A stretch of 63,377 bases of DNA, counting the filler, from Phoronis australis (lineage: Eukaryota > Animalia > Phoronida), in NCBI GenBank assembly GCA_002633005.1. It is 7 parts of 7 records of this genome, joined end to end, with 100 filler letters (N's around TTAATTAATTAA, not from the genome) between each part and the next. Parts side by side here need not be neighbours in the genome. Positions count along the whole stretch, not along the records: positions 4,023 to 20,620 come from NMRA01001507.1; positions 20,721 to 44,126 come from NMRA01001373.1; 5 more parts are not named here. One strand, given 5' to 3'. The position numbers were made by a program, and so were the translations under genes. Below are positions 12,021 through 24,755 of the stretch, piece after piece. Numbering within the stretch: the stretch's first letter is position 1; each line of letters opens with the position of its first letter. A model generated the notes under the pieces. The model was not told where the DNA came from. It did no database searches and worked only from the letters and a program-made list of their open reading frames with translations.

Positions 12021-15000
12021 ACTATATAGAAATAAACAATATGGAAATCAGTGTACAATACTTAAAATGGTGTAACATTGCTTGATAGCTAAATGACAAT
12101 CTGAAAATAACAATAACTTTGATCATTTCTAGAATATCCATTAAAAACACGCGTGCAGACCTCTCCATTTATTCACATTTGAGTTCGAGGAATCTGCTAA
12201 AATTGTGTTTATAAACGTTTGTAATTTCAGTTTAAAATCATTAAAAATGATAGGCTTCTCTGCCTTTGTTGTCTGCTAAATGAAGTAGTGCTATGATGAC
12301 GATGTGCGGCGAGTGGGCTGCCAGTCACTGGTACTGAAATAGAAGGTAAAGTTTATGATCTAACTGTATGCTCGTTGAAATCAATTTGGCATCAAAAACC
12401 CATAAGTTTGACATTGTATAACCTTTGCTATGCATTTTGATCACTGGCTGTTCCTAGTTAACATAAAAATGCTCTGTGTGATGTTCTATAATACAACCCA
12501 ACAAAAAGTGAAGGTGTTGTGGAACGTGCAACCCAATAGACTATGAAGCCATGGCTTGGACTTTCCCACAAATTTAGACTGCATATTGATGTGGAGTAAT
12601 GTATCAATCAGACTGCTCAAACAGTACAACTTCTTCACTTATGAACACAGCTTCTGGATTCGTAAGCTCATTTTAGTGATGAATTCACAAAACATGGCTA
12701 CCCATCCAAAAAGCATGGCTTCTGGTCTTGCATCCACTAAGAAACACAGGTCATAGACTTCAAACACAGCTTTGGTACCTATAAACACTCCTCACACACT
12801 CTTCCCTCAAACATGAAAATGATTCTTAGTGACATGAGTTTTTAAACTGATTTTGTTGCAAAAGCCGTGCTTGGTGTGTGTGAACTTGGATCGGCTTCCA
12901 ATGTGAGTTATATTCACGGGTGTTTAACCATTGTTGCTCAGGTAGCCTGCCAATGAACTAGATAACACGTACTATCTCATTAATTTTCCGTTTGCAGGTG
13001 TTAAGATGCAGGCAGCTAGTACTCAAACAGAAGGAAAGTCGTACACTACAATGGGGTGGGCTCTAAAATCAGCACAAATGTCTGAATGAATGACTGAGAA
13101 CGTAAAGAGGTTTTTTGACTGATGCGTTCAACGAAGGCTCGAAAACTGATCAAAATCTCTCCAGTGATGTGTTCTAAACTGATGCGAACTGCAAAGAAAG
13201 GCAATGGCCAGTTGCGATATGCGCCAGAAGAATAGCTCACATAAAAGCAAATCGCAAACTTCTTAACGAGACTTGTGACTCAGCAGAAGCGCATAGCATA
13301 CAGCTCAGACTCTGATGCAGACGATGCCACTTTTACACAAGCAATCACAATTGCTGAGATGCGTGCTTGTGTGATCAAATGGTCATGTAACTTTCCAAAA
13401 CTTTGATTTGTGTCACCTGTCACAACAGAAGAAGGTTAAGGTCTGCTTGCCAGTATTTGGGCAAAACTGTTTCTTCACAGTTGAAACGGAAGGCCACAAT
13501 CATACAACTTCTGTTGAAATATTTTGAGCACCTTATGGTGTGTCTATTGCTAGTTAAATTGATTCCATGACGTTTTCTGTAAAATTACTTCTCACGTCCA
13601 GAGTTTCCCTTTAACTGTCGTTTCCAGGTTATTTGTACACATCAATATACAAAACGAGTCAAGAGTATTCTGACAAAATATTTGGAAATCCTTGCCGTGA
13701 CGGATGGGGCAGAAGTAGAATTTGTCGTCAAAGTGGCCTTCCTTTGTGACTGAGAAAAAAGGGAAACAGGAAAGTTAGTATGGTGGCTTAGGCATTCTGC
13801 AAGTGGCCGCCGTAATAGTTATTACCAGTCGTTTTTGCATTAACAAGATTAGCCGCCAAGTGGGACAAAGACGGTATATAGTCGTATGATTTTTGCTTTG
13901 TTCTGAATGACTGTTTCTGTGCATGCAAGCATGCGTGTGTGGGCCCAGTATGCTACCAGGCCCGCTTTTTTGTCTGGCATCTGCTGCTGCATCTCCAAAC
14001 CCTTGGTAACTATCAAATTTTACAGATGGCATGACACAAGAGAATTTTGGGATGCATTTTACTACCATTGTGCCCTTAGTAGCAACATTGCTTCTCTACA
14101 TGTATCTTAATCTCTATTCTAGCAGGTTCCATGACTGATTTTCGTGAAATTTTGCAAATAGGTTTCAGTTATGGAGACGACCACACTTTTCGATTTCCTG
14201 GCATATTTCTATGTAATCTGTACTGGGATGTTGCCATTGAGATGACCAAGTCTGACATTGATTGTTGATTGGACGATCTTCTACGGTGCCCCCTATTGGC
14301 AATTTAGGTTTTCTTTATGTATGCCTCTATGTTTACCAAGTTTCTTGATGCATTTTCGTGCAATGTGGCAAGTTTGTTTTTATTGAGTAAACGAGAACAA
14401 ACTGCTATTTTCGGCTGGATGTATATAGTGATTAGGTCCACATAAAGTTAAGTTACAAAAAAAGACAAAATTATCGTCAGTGACTTACCTAACTTAACTA
14501 AATTCTCAGTCTTAAGTAGCATAACCTAAAGATGATGTAAGATGCTAATATTACTCTTAGTATATCTGAAAACAAGCCACATCCTGACATCAAGTTACAC
14601 TGAAGCAAATTCCAATGACAGAACACAAATGCGTCCTTCCTCAAACTGTGCACTTGTGAATGGTGTCAATGTGAATTGTACTTTACCACTGGAACCAATT
14701 GAACCAAACAGCAATAACAAAAGGTTGATCATCTCTTTCACCTTAACACCACTTCACAAGTGGTTCTGAGACATTATAATGGGATGCACTACATTGAAAA
14801 AAACGGGGTAAACTATTGCACAGCCCATTCAAGCTTGGCCTCAGTCATTGTTCTATGAAGGTACCTTGTTTTTTGTCTAGCTTAGCCCATACTGGGCAAC
14901 CGCCATCTGGCTAAAGCCTGATACTCCTTGTTATCTGACCAAAATACATGTAGCTGATATCTTTACTGCAAATAGAACTACAAAAGGATGAAAAAAGTAA

Positions 15001-16058
15001 CTCAGACCATCATGTCAATGCAAACACTACAACGTTCTGTTGTTTGCAATCAACTTAAATTCAACAGGAGGGCGCTTACTAATTTAACATTAAAAACTTT
15101 TAAGTTTTCTTTAAAAAATTACCATCAGATGTGCGACAGAAAAAAAAATTCAGTTTTCATAAAAGAAAACTTAACTAGATGTATTACAGAGTAATTTTAC
15201 TTTGTTAAACAAATCTTTCCACCAGTTGACTCTAATTAAAAAAACGCCATTTTAAAATTTTGGTTGAAGAACAATTGAGTTCAGAGATTTTCTACAGTTT
15301 TAAACCAGCGTGAGTGACAAAAAAGTGAAGGATTTTGACAGTGAACTTCAGATTTCTAGTAAGTTTAATATTTGCTTACTTTGAATGTAATGTCAGTTGC
15401 TGTAAAAGTATGCAAAACCCGATTCATAACACAGACGTTCTCAGCTTTTGATCGTCTTCAATACAAATTACATTGTACAATGAAACTCACGATTAGGAAT
15501 TCCACTGGTTCTTCACTTCAGCCGCACAAAACTCAATGTATGTACACAAAACGGGTCCAACAAACCACGAGTAATTGTTATTTCTTCTAGTAGCATTTAC
15601 GGTGCCCTGTTCCAGCGTGTTTGCAACAAATTCATGATCAAAGTACAAAAATCTTCTCAAAAAACCGATGCGGAATGTGCTGCCTGGTAATTGCAGATTC
15701 TTAGAGGAAGGTCACGACATTAATAACTCCACACTTATCCAGACCATTACGAAACCTTCCATGATAAACCAGCAATTCCTGTCCTTCCTAAATCATCGGA
15801 TAGTTCCGTATCGACTCTCGTGGGACACGGTGACAGTACGCATCTGCTTTTTTGGACAGAATTTTCTGCTTCAACTGCTTTCCAGAACAGGACACTTTAA
15901 ATGCTCTCAGAAGAAAGAACAATTGCTCATGTTTTGCTGAACCCCTATTTGTGTAAATTTATTGAGTTTTGAGTTTTGTGTTTAATATGGACAGCTGTAT
16001 TGAACTATGGTGAAGCAATCATGAAATTTTCAGTCCTGAGCGTCATATCTTGTATATA

Positions 16059-16158
16059 ATTATAGTTTATTGAGTACGATCAGAAGATGAGGACGTCTTT
16101 GAGTTATGCCAAAGCCGTCCTCAGCCTCTGAGTCTGATAATCCCAAATACACTATAAT
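16059..16158. repeat. Imperfect palindromic element
   Basis: ATTATAGT..GAGGACG arm inverted to CGTCCTC..ACTATAAT; a further arm copy at about 16249-16290. Confidence 0.55.
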
Positions 16159-19100
16159 ACTAAAAGGCGGAAAAAACGGTTTTGGGAAGATTTTTTGTGA
16201 AGTGAAACATTCATGGAATTCCTAGTTCCGAGTGTCATGCTTTGTGGTATTATAGCGTATTGAGGATGATCAGAAGTTGAGGATGCTTGTGATTTACAAC
16301 AACTGACGACGAATTTCCCGGTGACATATAAGTTAACCATATGAAAAACATAAAGGTTGGGCACTAAAACTTTGCCAAGACTAGGCTCCCAGCTTCAACT
16401 GTTCTAAATCCAAGTAAAATCTGTGTGCACCAACCTCAGATTGGTATTATATAAACAGGGAAACTCCTGACCAAATTTGAGCCTGTGCCCTTTGGGTGCC
16501 CCCGATGACAAAAAGTGTGTCTTTTCAAGAAGTTGTGTCCAACAGACTTGGAGTAATTAAGTGGTAACTTACGAAACGGAAACCTCAAGGGCATTGAGAA
16601 TTAGAACACAGTCATGCTCATGTAAAAGTTGTAAACAGGATTGGTAATATTTACGATGAAATATTGGAAAGTGTCAAATCTGCAACCTACGCATTACCCG
16701 TAAGTTGTACGGCTGTAAGTTGACAAATAGAATCTTGCATTTTGGAAGAGTTCGTTTTGATAGATGCGCCTGGGGGTGGCACTCCTTCAATGTACTTGTG
16801 CCCTTTTGTATGCACTAGAAGCACAAATGCGCATCCAGGAATTTCCCTGCATAAACACCAGAAACCTTCTTTCCTTAACACCTTTGAATTATCCAAGTTG
16901 TGAATGGTGAATTGGTTACGGAATTTCCAAAAACAAACTGAATTCAAGAAGGCTAAATTGTTAACATGGCGCATTTCACTTGTGCTTTAACTTGTACGCC
17001 TGTCGAAGATAAAATATTGAGTTTGTGCTAGCAAACCCCGTGTCAAAACCTAGAAATTTGTCTGCGACTTAGACTTCCATTTACGTATAATTTGCTTAAA
17101 TTTATAGCTCATTTTATCACTTACTAGTAACTTAGAATTTAGATGCAAGAACCGATCTTGTGTTTGGTCTTGACATTATGGACTACTCTTGTTTGAAGCG
17201 TAACGAAGATTTGGCTTTGGTGGAGATTTCTGACGTCAGACACTACGTTTAGTTGCAGGAAATTAGCTATCAGCAACTTCAGGCTTTCGCAGTAATCCTA
17301 AGTTAGTGATTCTTTGGTTTTAAACAACGGTTATTTTACAAACCCAGAATTTAAATACATTCATACCGAAATTGAATTATGCAGCTTCGGAATTGCTTCG
17401 GCTCTGTCTATGAAATATCCGGAGGTGTACGAAGATCGTCTGCCATGAATGTCAAAAATAACCTTGATAGGTTTCAACATGTTTGTTTGCAATTCACCAC
17501 TCGAAGGCAGAAATTATAAAGTGAAAGAAGGTATTCAAAAGTTTGTTCGGTGCTGTTTTAAAAAAATTCCATGCACATTTGAGTAGAAAATTCCGAGCAA
17601 ACCAACGTTTATATATTCATAAATAAGAATTGAAAATAAGTACAACCTTTATTTTAGAGAATAACTATAACTATATAACTATAACAATGCCTTCTGTCGC
17701 ATGGATGGCTGCAATGTGGAAATAATTGCAATCTTCCTTTGTTTTAATGACATCAAGGCATCTCTCAATCATTGCGCAGATGGTAATTACCGTAACCAAG
17801 ACTCAAATGGCTAAACCGATCAGCGCCATCTTGAGGCTTGGGGACGAAGCTAAAAAGGCCACATCAGTGTCAATACAACAAAACAAAACCGTCAATCGAT
17901 GCTCATGAGACTTTTTTGTAACAGATTGTGAAGTATTTTTAGGAATCTTAAAATGGTAACGAAATAGACATTTTGGCAAGAAATGGAATGAATAAAAAGT
18001 CGCTTCTGAAAGTATTTATTACAAGAAACTGAAGTTCTACAACCGCCTGTAATGCTTGTGTTGGCAAAGGATGAAAGATACATCTTGCACATTAATCATT
18101 TCAAATAAGTTTAGTGTTGGAATGGTATACGGTGCCTTTAGGAAATTCTCATTATGTATAACTTAACTGGAAAATGTATAGTGGAGTCTGGTAGTTTGTA
18201 CTCCAAGATATTAAGCAGACGTTGTTTTATTTCAGGGATTGTGATCAAGGAGCACAGTAATGCTAATGCAAGCTTTATAGTAAAAGAGACAGGCCCCAGG
18301 TTCCGAAACGCTGCCGACGGATAGGGAGGACAAAGACTGTGTGAAGCTACCAGAGTTGCCGCCCAGTCCCCTAACGAGCACGAGACAGTTTTGTAAAAAA
18401 TAATTAGAGGTAGATAATATATCATTTTTGTAAGTATTTTACCTTGGCACGTTTCATAGGAATAAAAGTATTAAAGAGCAAGAGCCTTGGTTTCCTGTAA
18501 GTCGCAACTGCACATGCAATAGGAATGAAATGACCAACAATTAAAGAGCACGAGTAGGAGATAAAAACCTGAAGCATTGAAAAAAAATTTCGTTTCATTA
18601 TACCCACAGATCACTATAGTTCCGTAGTAGCCCTTCGTTTATACACAAACTTCGTTAAAGACACGACTAGACTTTTTGTTAGCAAGGTTTATACTCGTAC
18701 GTTCGTAATTTCAGAACAGTTCCCTAAATTTCTTCTGGTGTGCAGGTATGAAGTAACAAACCGAGAGACATAACAAACAAACAAAAACAGTAGCTATATT
18801 TCGTGACTTCATGTCACATCATCAGTCAATAAATGGAATGAACATATACAGAGCGAAATAAACAGTGTACATGTTCATTTCATAGACGTTTCAATGTAGC
18901 TTAGTTGTATATTAAAAGAATAATCCACGTGATATTGTTAACTCTGATCCATTACAGCGTTCTGTCATTCAGTAACTTTTCTAGACGTGAGGGGTGCTGA
19001 ACGTGTGATATCATCTGATTATTTTGTTAATTGCCCAGTTCAGTATTTTGTCCCGTATGATAACAGGCAGGCCAATTATCTCCCAGGATTCAAAGGAAAC

Positions 19101-19733
19101 GTATGGTGGTTGCACGCTATTATCGAACGCGTGTGAACACGGTCAAACCCAGTGCGTTGGAAATCCGTTTGGACAGAATACATGTAGATAGTCTTAACTT
19201 CCGTTGTAGTTAGGCGATTTTAGTGATTCAAGAACGGAACATGATCAGCATTTGACAAGGAATTCAGAAATGCTATTGGTTTAAGCTCACATATATTATA
19301 ACTTAACTTTCATTTTTATCGGCCCAGCCCAGTCAGGCTAGATACGATCTGATCGGAGATTAGAGCAATTATCGAACAAAAGAGCGCAGACCCACCAACC
19401 ATAAACGCCATACTGGAGTTAATCATTCGTGTAAGATATTGGCTACGGGGGTAAACTTCCCAACTTGTTGTTGGGCTGTAGAATCGTACAAGTTGGGAGC
19501 AACGGGATGTCGCCGTTATGAGCGTTTGTATATCACCGAGTATATCAATATGCACAGTTGTTTATCTTCATTTGAAGTTTTAGCTTAATAGTTCATCGAT
19601 TTTTAAAAATCGAAAGCCAATCTTGGTCATTTTTTTCCATCTGAATACAGCTGTGGTATTTGTTTTGTTACGGAAATTGTTCGTTAATGCATTTTGAAAA
19701 TTTGCCAGTATGTACAGGCAGAGGTGTAATTAC

Positions 19734-19840
19734 CTTTAATTGCGTCTTGCTCGCACCTAACAGTGCGGTCATCGCAACTGACTCCGACTCTGGCGACGCG
19801 CTCTCTTTGACCTCGGTAAGCGTATTATTTACGACTTGCA
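19734..19840 (-). CDS. Possible internal exon of an unidentified gene
   Basis: Acceptor TTTCCCAG, donor AAG|GTAATT, one open frame QVVNNTLTEVKESASPESESVAMTALLGASKTQLK; no recognisable domain. Confidence 0.3.
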
Positions 19841-19849
19841 CTGGGAAAT

Positions 19850-20076
19850 GTGAATGATCATCAAACAGGTTACGCACGGCTGTCTTCGAATGATTTTACA
19901 TGAATCTTCATCAATCATCAAACAGGTTAAGTGCAGTTGTCGTCGAATGATTTTACCGAGAAATATGAACGTCATCAATCATCGAACTGGTTAAGTGCGG
20001 TACTTGTGCTCGAATCACTGAGAAATATGAATCGTCATCAATCATCAAACAGGTTAAGCGCGGTTGTCCTCGAATT
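19850..20076. repeat. Degenerate ~60-bp minisatellite (about 4 copies)
   Basis: Recurring TCATCAATCATCAAACAGGTTAAG.GC.GTTGTC.TCGAAT. Confidence 0.85.
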
Positions 20077-20620
20077 ATTCGCCTCACGTCATATCAATGA
20101 GGAAAGGTGCTGACAATTATTGTCGCTAGGTAGCGCCACTATCGAATGGGTTCTTTAGTGAACTTCAAGTTCTTTATTATTGTGCTCGTTTCCACGGGAG
20201 ATTTTCTCACAATTTCTGATAGAGTGACTACTGCAACCATGATTACTATTGCTCAGTCACCAATCAAACGTTGTATTCCTAGCGGATGGTTTTAATTTGT
20301 GTTACCTCATACTGTTTTGTGTAAACAGTGATTTTCATAAGTTACCCATTTGATAAAAACATTGAAGCTTTTGCATCCATTGTCAAAATCACCACCTGTG
20401 TACAGTAATCTCTTTTACACACTGGTCGACCATTCGACCAACAACCTCTTCTTCGTTCATAAAGTGAAGTCTTTATAAACTAACTTGTTGAGAACAATAA
20501 ACTTGAAATAATCAATAAAGAAAGCACTGAGTTTCAAGACCATTACCATAACGCTAAACCCTCGTGAGAGACCGCCCCGAGATGGATGCTGGAGCAACTC
20601 GGGGCGGTCTGGGATCAAGC

Positions 20621-20720
20621 NNNNNNNNNNNNNNNNNNNNNNNNNNNNNNNNNNNNNNNNNNNNTTAATTAATTAANNNNNNNNNNNNNNNNNNNNNNNN
20701 NNNNNNNNNNNNNNNNNNNN
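20621..20720. other. Artificial contig linker
   Basis: 44 N + TTAATTAATTAA + 44 N. Confidence 0.99.
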
Positions 20721-20967
20721 TAAAACTCTTAAGTACCCACAAAAATCAGACCTGACATCACACACAGCTTTGAACATTAACTGAACCTAAACTAACTGTT
20801 GAGGAAGACAAGAAATGCATTTCACCATCACAATCTACTCCCAAAGGCTCCAAGCACACACTTGCAACAATGAGTTGTGCTAGTGATGATCCTTTAATAG
20901 GGAAATTTAGTACAGTATACATGTTCAAAACATGTTCAAGGTAAAGCTCAACGAGCATTAACTGGCT

Positions 20968-21112
20968 ATATACAGGCACAACCATGTACACATATACAGG
21001 CACAACCATGTACACATATACAGGCACAACCATGTACACATATACAGGCACAACCATGTACACATATACAGGCACAACCATGTACACATATACAGGCACA
21101 ACCATGTACACA
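20968..21112. repeat. 24-bp tandem repeat x6
   Basis: ATATACAGGCACAACCATGTACAC repeated perfectly. Confidence 0.97.
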
Positions 21113-21706
21113 GAGAAAGATGAGTGACCTCAAGAGTGATTAAGTCGAGATGTATATGCCGTACCGATGAGGAAACTGAAGACAATAATCGTTTCCAAAT
21201 GTAATAATCCCATTCAGAATAAATCATTTTTTAGAAAGCTACTAAATAACACTATTGAACAAACTCTACACTAACTATAGATGAAACATACGGTAAAAGA
21301 CAAAGTATTCAGACAAAATGACTCAGAATTTTCCGTCATGACAAGCCATTCTATAACTAGAATTTTGCAGCCCTAATACCGGTAGTTACTAATAGTAATT
21401 TGTTCATCCAACAGGATTAGCCGTCATGATAGGAAAATGGTATTTCGTCAGATTCCTTTTGTCCTGTACTGTATGCAAATTCTTTGACCCATTAAAATCC
21501 CATGCAGACTTCAAAATCATTTTAAAAACATTCATAAATATTCAACACCTCTTCAAGGCCAAGTATACAAATAAAGTCGCATGTGAAACAACTTTCTACA
21601 AATGTTATGGCAAGTTAAATATACAAATATACATCTAAGTCTGGCCTAGTCTTGTGTTGACTGTCATAGCAACACCAGTCAGTCACTAGCAGTCACCACA
21701 CGCCTA

Positions 21707-21844
21707 GGTAGAGTTCAGTAATGCTGGCACCTACACTAGGAACTCGCTAAAATATAACCAAAATCGCGTTTTTATTTGAAATACACAGCAATATCTCATG
21801 AATTGTTGCCTTTTAGCAAGGTTCGAGCATTACTGAACTCTACC
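21707..21844. mobile_element. Small MITE
   Basis: TIRs GGTAGAGTTCAGTAATGCT / AGCATTACTGAACTCTACC; related copy begins at about 53232 (GGGTAGAGTTCAGTA..AAATACACGGCAATA). Confidence 0.75.
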
Positions 21845-21977
21845 CTCGTCCAGTGAGAACAACAGGGCTCCTAGGAGACGTGACTAATGTGCCAGGTGGC
21901 TGAATATCATGCCACTGTTGAAGAATTGCCAATGCGGGCCTGCACCTCTGTATTACACCAGTCCACGGCTATGTTGT

Positions 21978-22131
21978 TCACGAAGCCTTGTCAATGCGTG
22001 CCTGCACCTCTGTGTTGCGCCAATCCAAGGCTATGTCGTCCAAGTGGTTATCAAAGTCCACAAGGTCTCTGTGAACACTTTCCTCCAATAACACAGCCAA
22101 ACCTTCTTGACTTCCAACTTCTAATGTAATA
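21978..22131 (-). CDS. EMC8: ER membrane protein complex subunit 8/9, exon 5 (last)
   Basis: ITLEVGSQEGLAVLLEESVHRDLVDFDNHLDDIALDWRNTEVQARIDKAS*; LVDFDNHLDD..DW.N signature; acceptor CTCTTTCAG, phase 2. Confidence 0.95.
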
Positions 22132-23229
22132 CTGAAAGAGAATGGCAATTGTCCACTTATTTCGTATCTCATTCCTTAATTCTTTTACGAACATCTACTA
22201 CAAATTACTGCAACAGTAATAACGCGGGAAAAATTCTTCTAAATCATGGCACGTCAGTGAAATTCAAGAATTTGAATAGTACCTCATCTGCAAATTGGGC
22301 ATACCAATGCTAAAATTTAGAACTCTGGATAACATGCAGTACTTCTAGGGGTGTTTATTTGTCATAGTAAAAATGGCCATTAGATGGCTCAGAATACGTT
22401 AAACCCATTTAAAAAGGGGAAGGTGCCATCGTCACTCAAAATTATTTGCCAAATTTTATGAAAATCCGTCAAAGAACTCCAAAGAAACTAACAGCCATTA
22501 GCAACAGCAGCAATAGTCGAATCTATCCATCTGCTGTCGGGTTAACAGGAATACAACTGCAAAATTTCAAGAAACATCTTGCAAGGAGTTTAGGAGATAC
22601 CGCCGTAAACGATACAAAATATCACTAGGGGGCACCACAGTAGTTCGACAAGTTTGAAAATCCATGTCCGTCATGCTCTTGTCAGTAGGAGGCACCACAG
22701 TAGTTGAAGTCATCGTATAAATATGAGGGCCCATAAAATTTGACAATAATTCTTTTTATCGTAATCTATTTTGCCCGGGGTACGCCACGAGCTATGTTGC
22801 AGAGTAAAACAAGAGGAGGATTGCGAATATTGTCATTTATTATGACGTCAATAGATAAAACTAACTAAGACTCTGCAAGATGGGCATGGACAAAACGCCC
22901 ACCGGCGTGTACAGTTGTTGTGGTGACAAACTATAAATCGGCATTTTCAAACAAATCCATATGCAAATACATTCTAGACTTGTCTGGGCGAACTACTGAT
23001 TTATATTTGATTAATCATCTTGATACTTATTAAACAAAGTGCAACAGGACACTACATGTAAATATGTAAATATGTCTGAGGGGCACTCGGTTTGTTTAAG
23101 TGCGAGGCGTGGGAGTACACAATCAGAATATATCAGGTCAGTTGTATAAGGCTATTGATTGACACAACAACCAGTGCTGCTACAACTACAGCCTGAGCTC
23201 AGTTTCATAAAAAGTGACTCCAGACTTAA

Positions 23230-23658
23230 AGATGCTATGTCTCATTAAAACTGTGAATATTTAAATTTGTAGCAAGCGCCATCTTGTGACTTCCTGGAGA
23301 ACTCTGTGTACAAGTGTGATCAGGAAAAGAAACATTTTGTCATTAAAATGCGGTTTTAAAGAAAACACATACACTTTTAAAAAAACAAGTGTGAAAATAT
23401 AGAAAACCCTCGTAATTCCAAATATGAAATCTTTGATAGTGAAATTAACAAATAATAAAAACTGTGCTTTGTATTACTCAGGTAACGACGACATATTACC
23501 ATACTCGTTTACACAAAAATAGTCTCACGAAACGAGACTTTCGCAAGATTGTAATGGTATCTGGTTCTCAGATGGTTTCCGGCACGTCGGAAGACCCAGC
23601 GTTGTTGGTAAACTAGTACGTCATTTGCTAATTCACAATTCAATGACACATAGCATCT
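23230..23658. mobile_element. Kolobok-like MITE
   Basis: TTAA|AGATGCTATGTCTCATT ... AATGACACATAGCATCT|TTAA: TIRs with AG/CT ends and TTAA target duplication. Confidence 0.8.
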
Positions 23659-24755
23659 TTAAGTTAGAAATTTAGTCTGACACTCCACACAAAAATAGCT
23701 TGAGCTAAAGTGTTAAGTCTGAGAATATGCGCATCACAGCTAGTTATTGAGATAATTTCTACAAATTATTTCTAGAGTGCGATGCACTCATATTTACTTG
23801 ACCATGCCTGTATTCAGCAAGTGTCAAGTAGAAGCATAAGACCACGTTTGAGCGTGTCGCTAACTCAGTACGCTAATATGAGAAAAGCTGCTGACGTCAG
23901 ACACAGAGTAAGCTGAAGGTACAAACAGCGCCCTCGCTTAACTGATTGAAGTTAAAGGTGCCTACAGGTGTCTTCTGCAAGGCTTGGAATTTTCCGCGGA
24001 AATGCGGATTTCCGCTTTTTCTTTTAGTCCCTCCGCGTATTTTCGTTATATTTCCGCGGAAAAAAATCGGATTTGCCATAAAATTATCGGGGCAAATTGG
24101 TTTCTCACCGCGGCGTTGCCGACGGCTCAAAAAGCGGAAACTGCTCTTTATGTTTCTGAGGAACGGAAATTGTAATTGCGGATCACAGGCACTCGAATTT
24201 CCCGGTGACTCGTAACCATATACAAGAAACATTCTTTCTTAATAATGAGTGACGTCAGAGGCAATCGAGGAACAGATAAATTCAAGCGCCTGTGTCTGCG
24301 ATAGCGTGGTTTATCAATGGTGTCTGCATTTGGTATAAAATCGCGGTGACAAATAGTGCGATTCTGTGGTCAAAAAATGCGTGGAGTAGACAGAATATTT
24401 TGTGGAAAAGTGGACAAAAAAGTCAAGGTTTGTGCTCTGTATACTTTGAGAGAGGAACTATTACGGAGTGCGTTGGCGAGTCGCCTCGGACTAAAATGGA
24501 GTCGGAGGACCGACTGAAAATGATGAAACGCTAGAAATAACAACGCTTCCTGAAAGGAAATTCAACTATAACCGGTTATTCATTGGATTGGAATTGTGGG
24601 ATGTGAGTGATGTATGAAATTCTTTTGTTTGATCCCACATGCACGCCCGTTGCCGTTGGCTGCTAAGCCCTAGCTAAGGCCTGACCGCTTGAGTGTGATT
24701 TTCTATGTGCCGCCAAAACGGGATACAAAGTGCTATTTTCGTTACTGCAAATGCG

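Larger units (their letters stand above)
9982..13300 (+). pseudogene. Decayed, internally deleted DNA-transposon protein (Sola3-like)
   Basis: Collinear fragments with stops/frameshifts: MAVAKELLIQCSFF..RDIVKHL (9982), GLW..VCPKH..CHYPGC (about 11020-11140), AWKAYGIGDG..YLCPEDDC (11442-11714), MGWALK..RFLTDAFNEG..KQIANFLTR (12998-13300). Family assignment from recall. Confidence 0.6.

Noticed and set aside
20758-21227. Repetitive ORFs (VYVYMVVP / CTWLCLYM) and a possible CRISPR-like array
   Set aside because: Translation of a perfect 24-bp tandem repeat with no unique spacers
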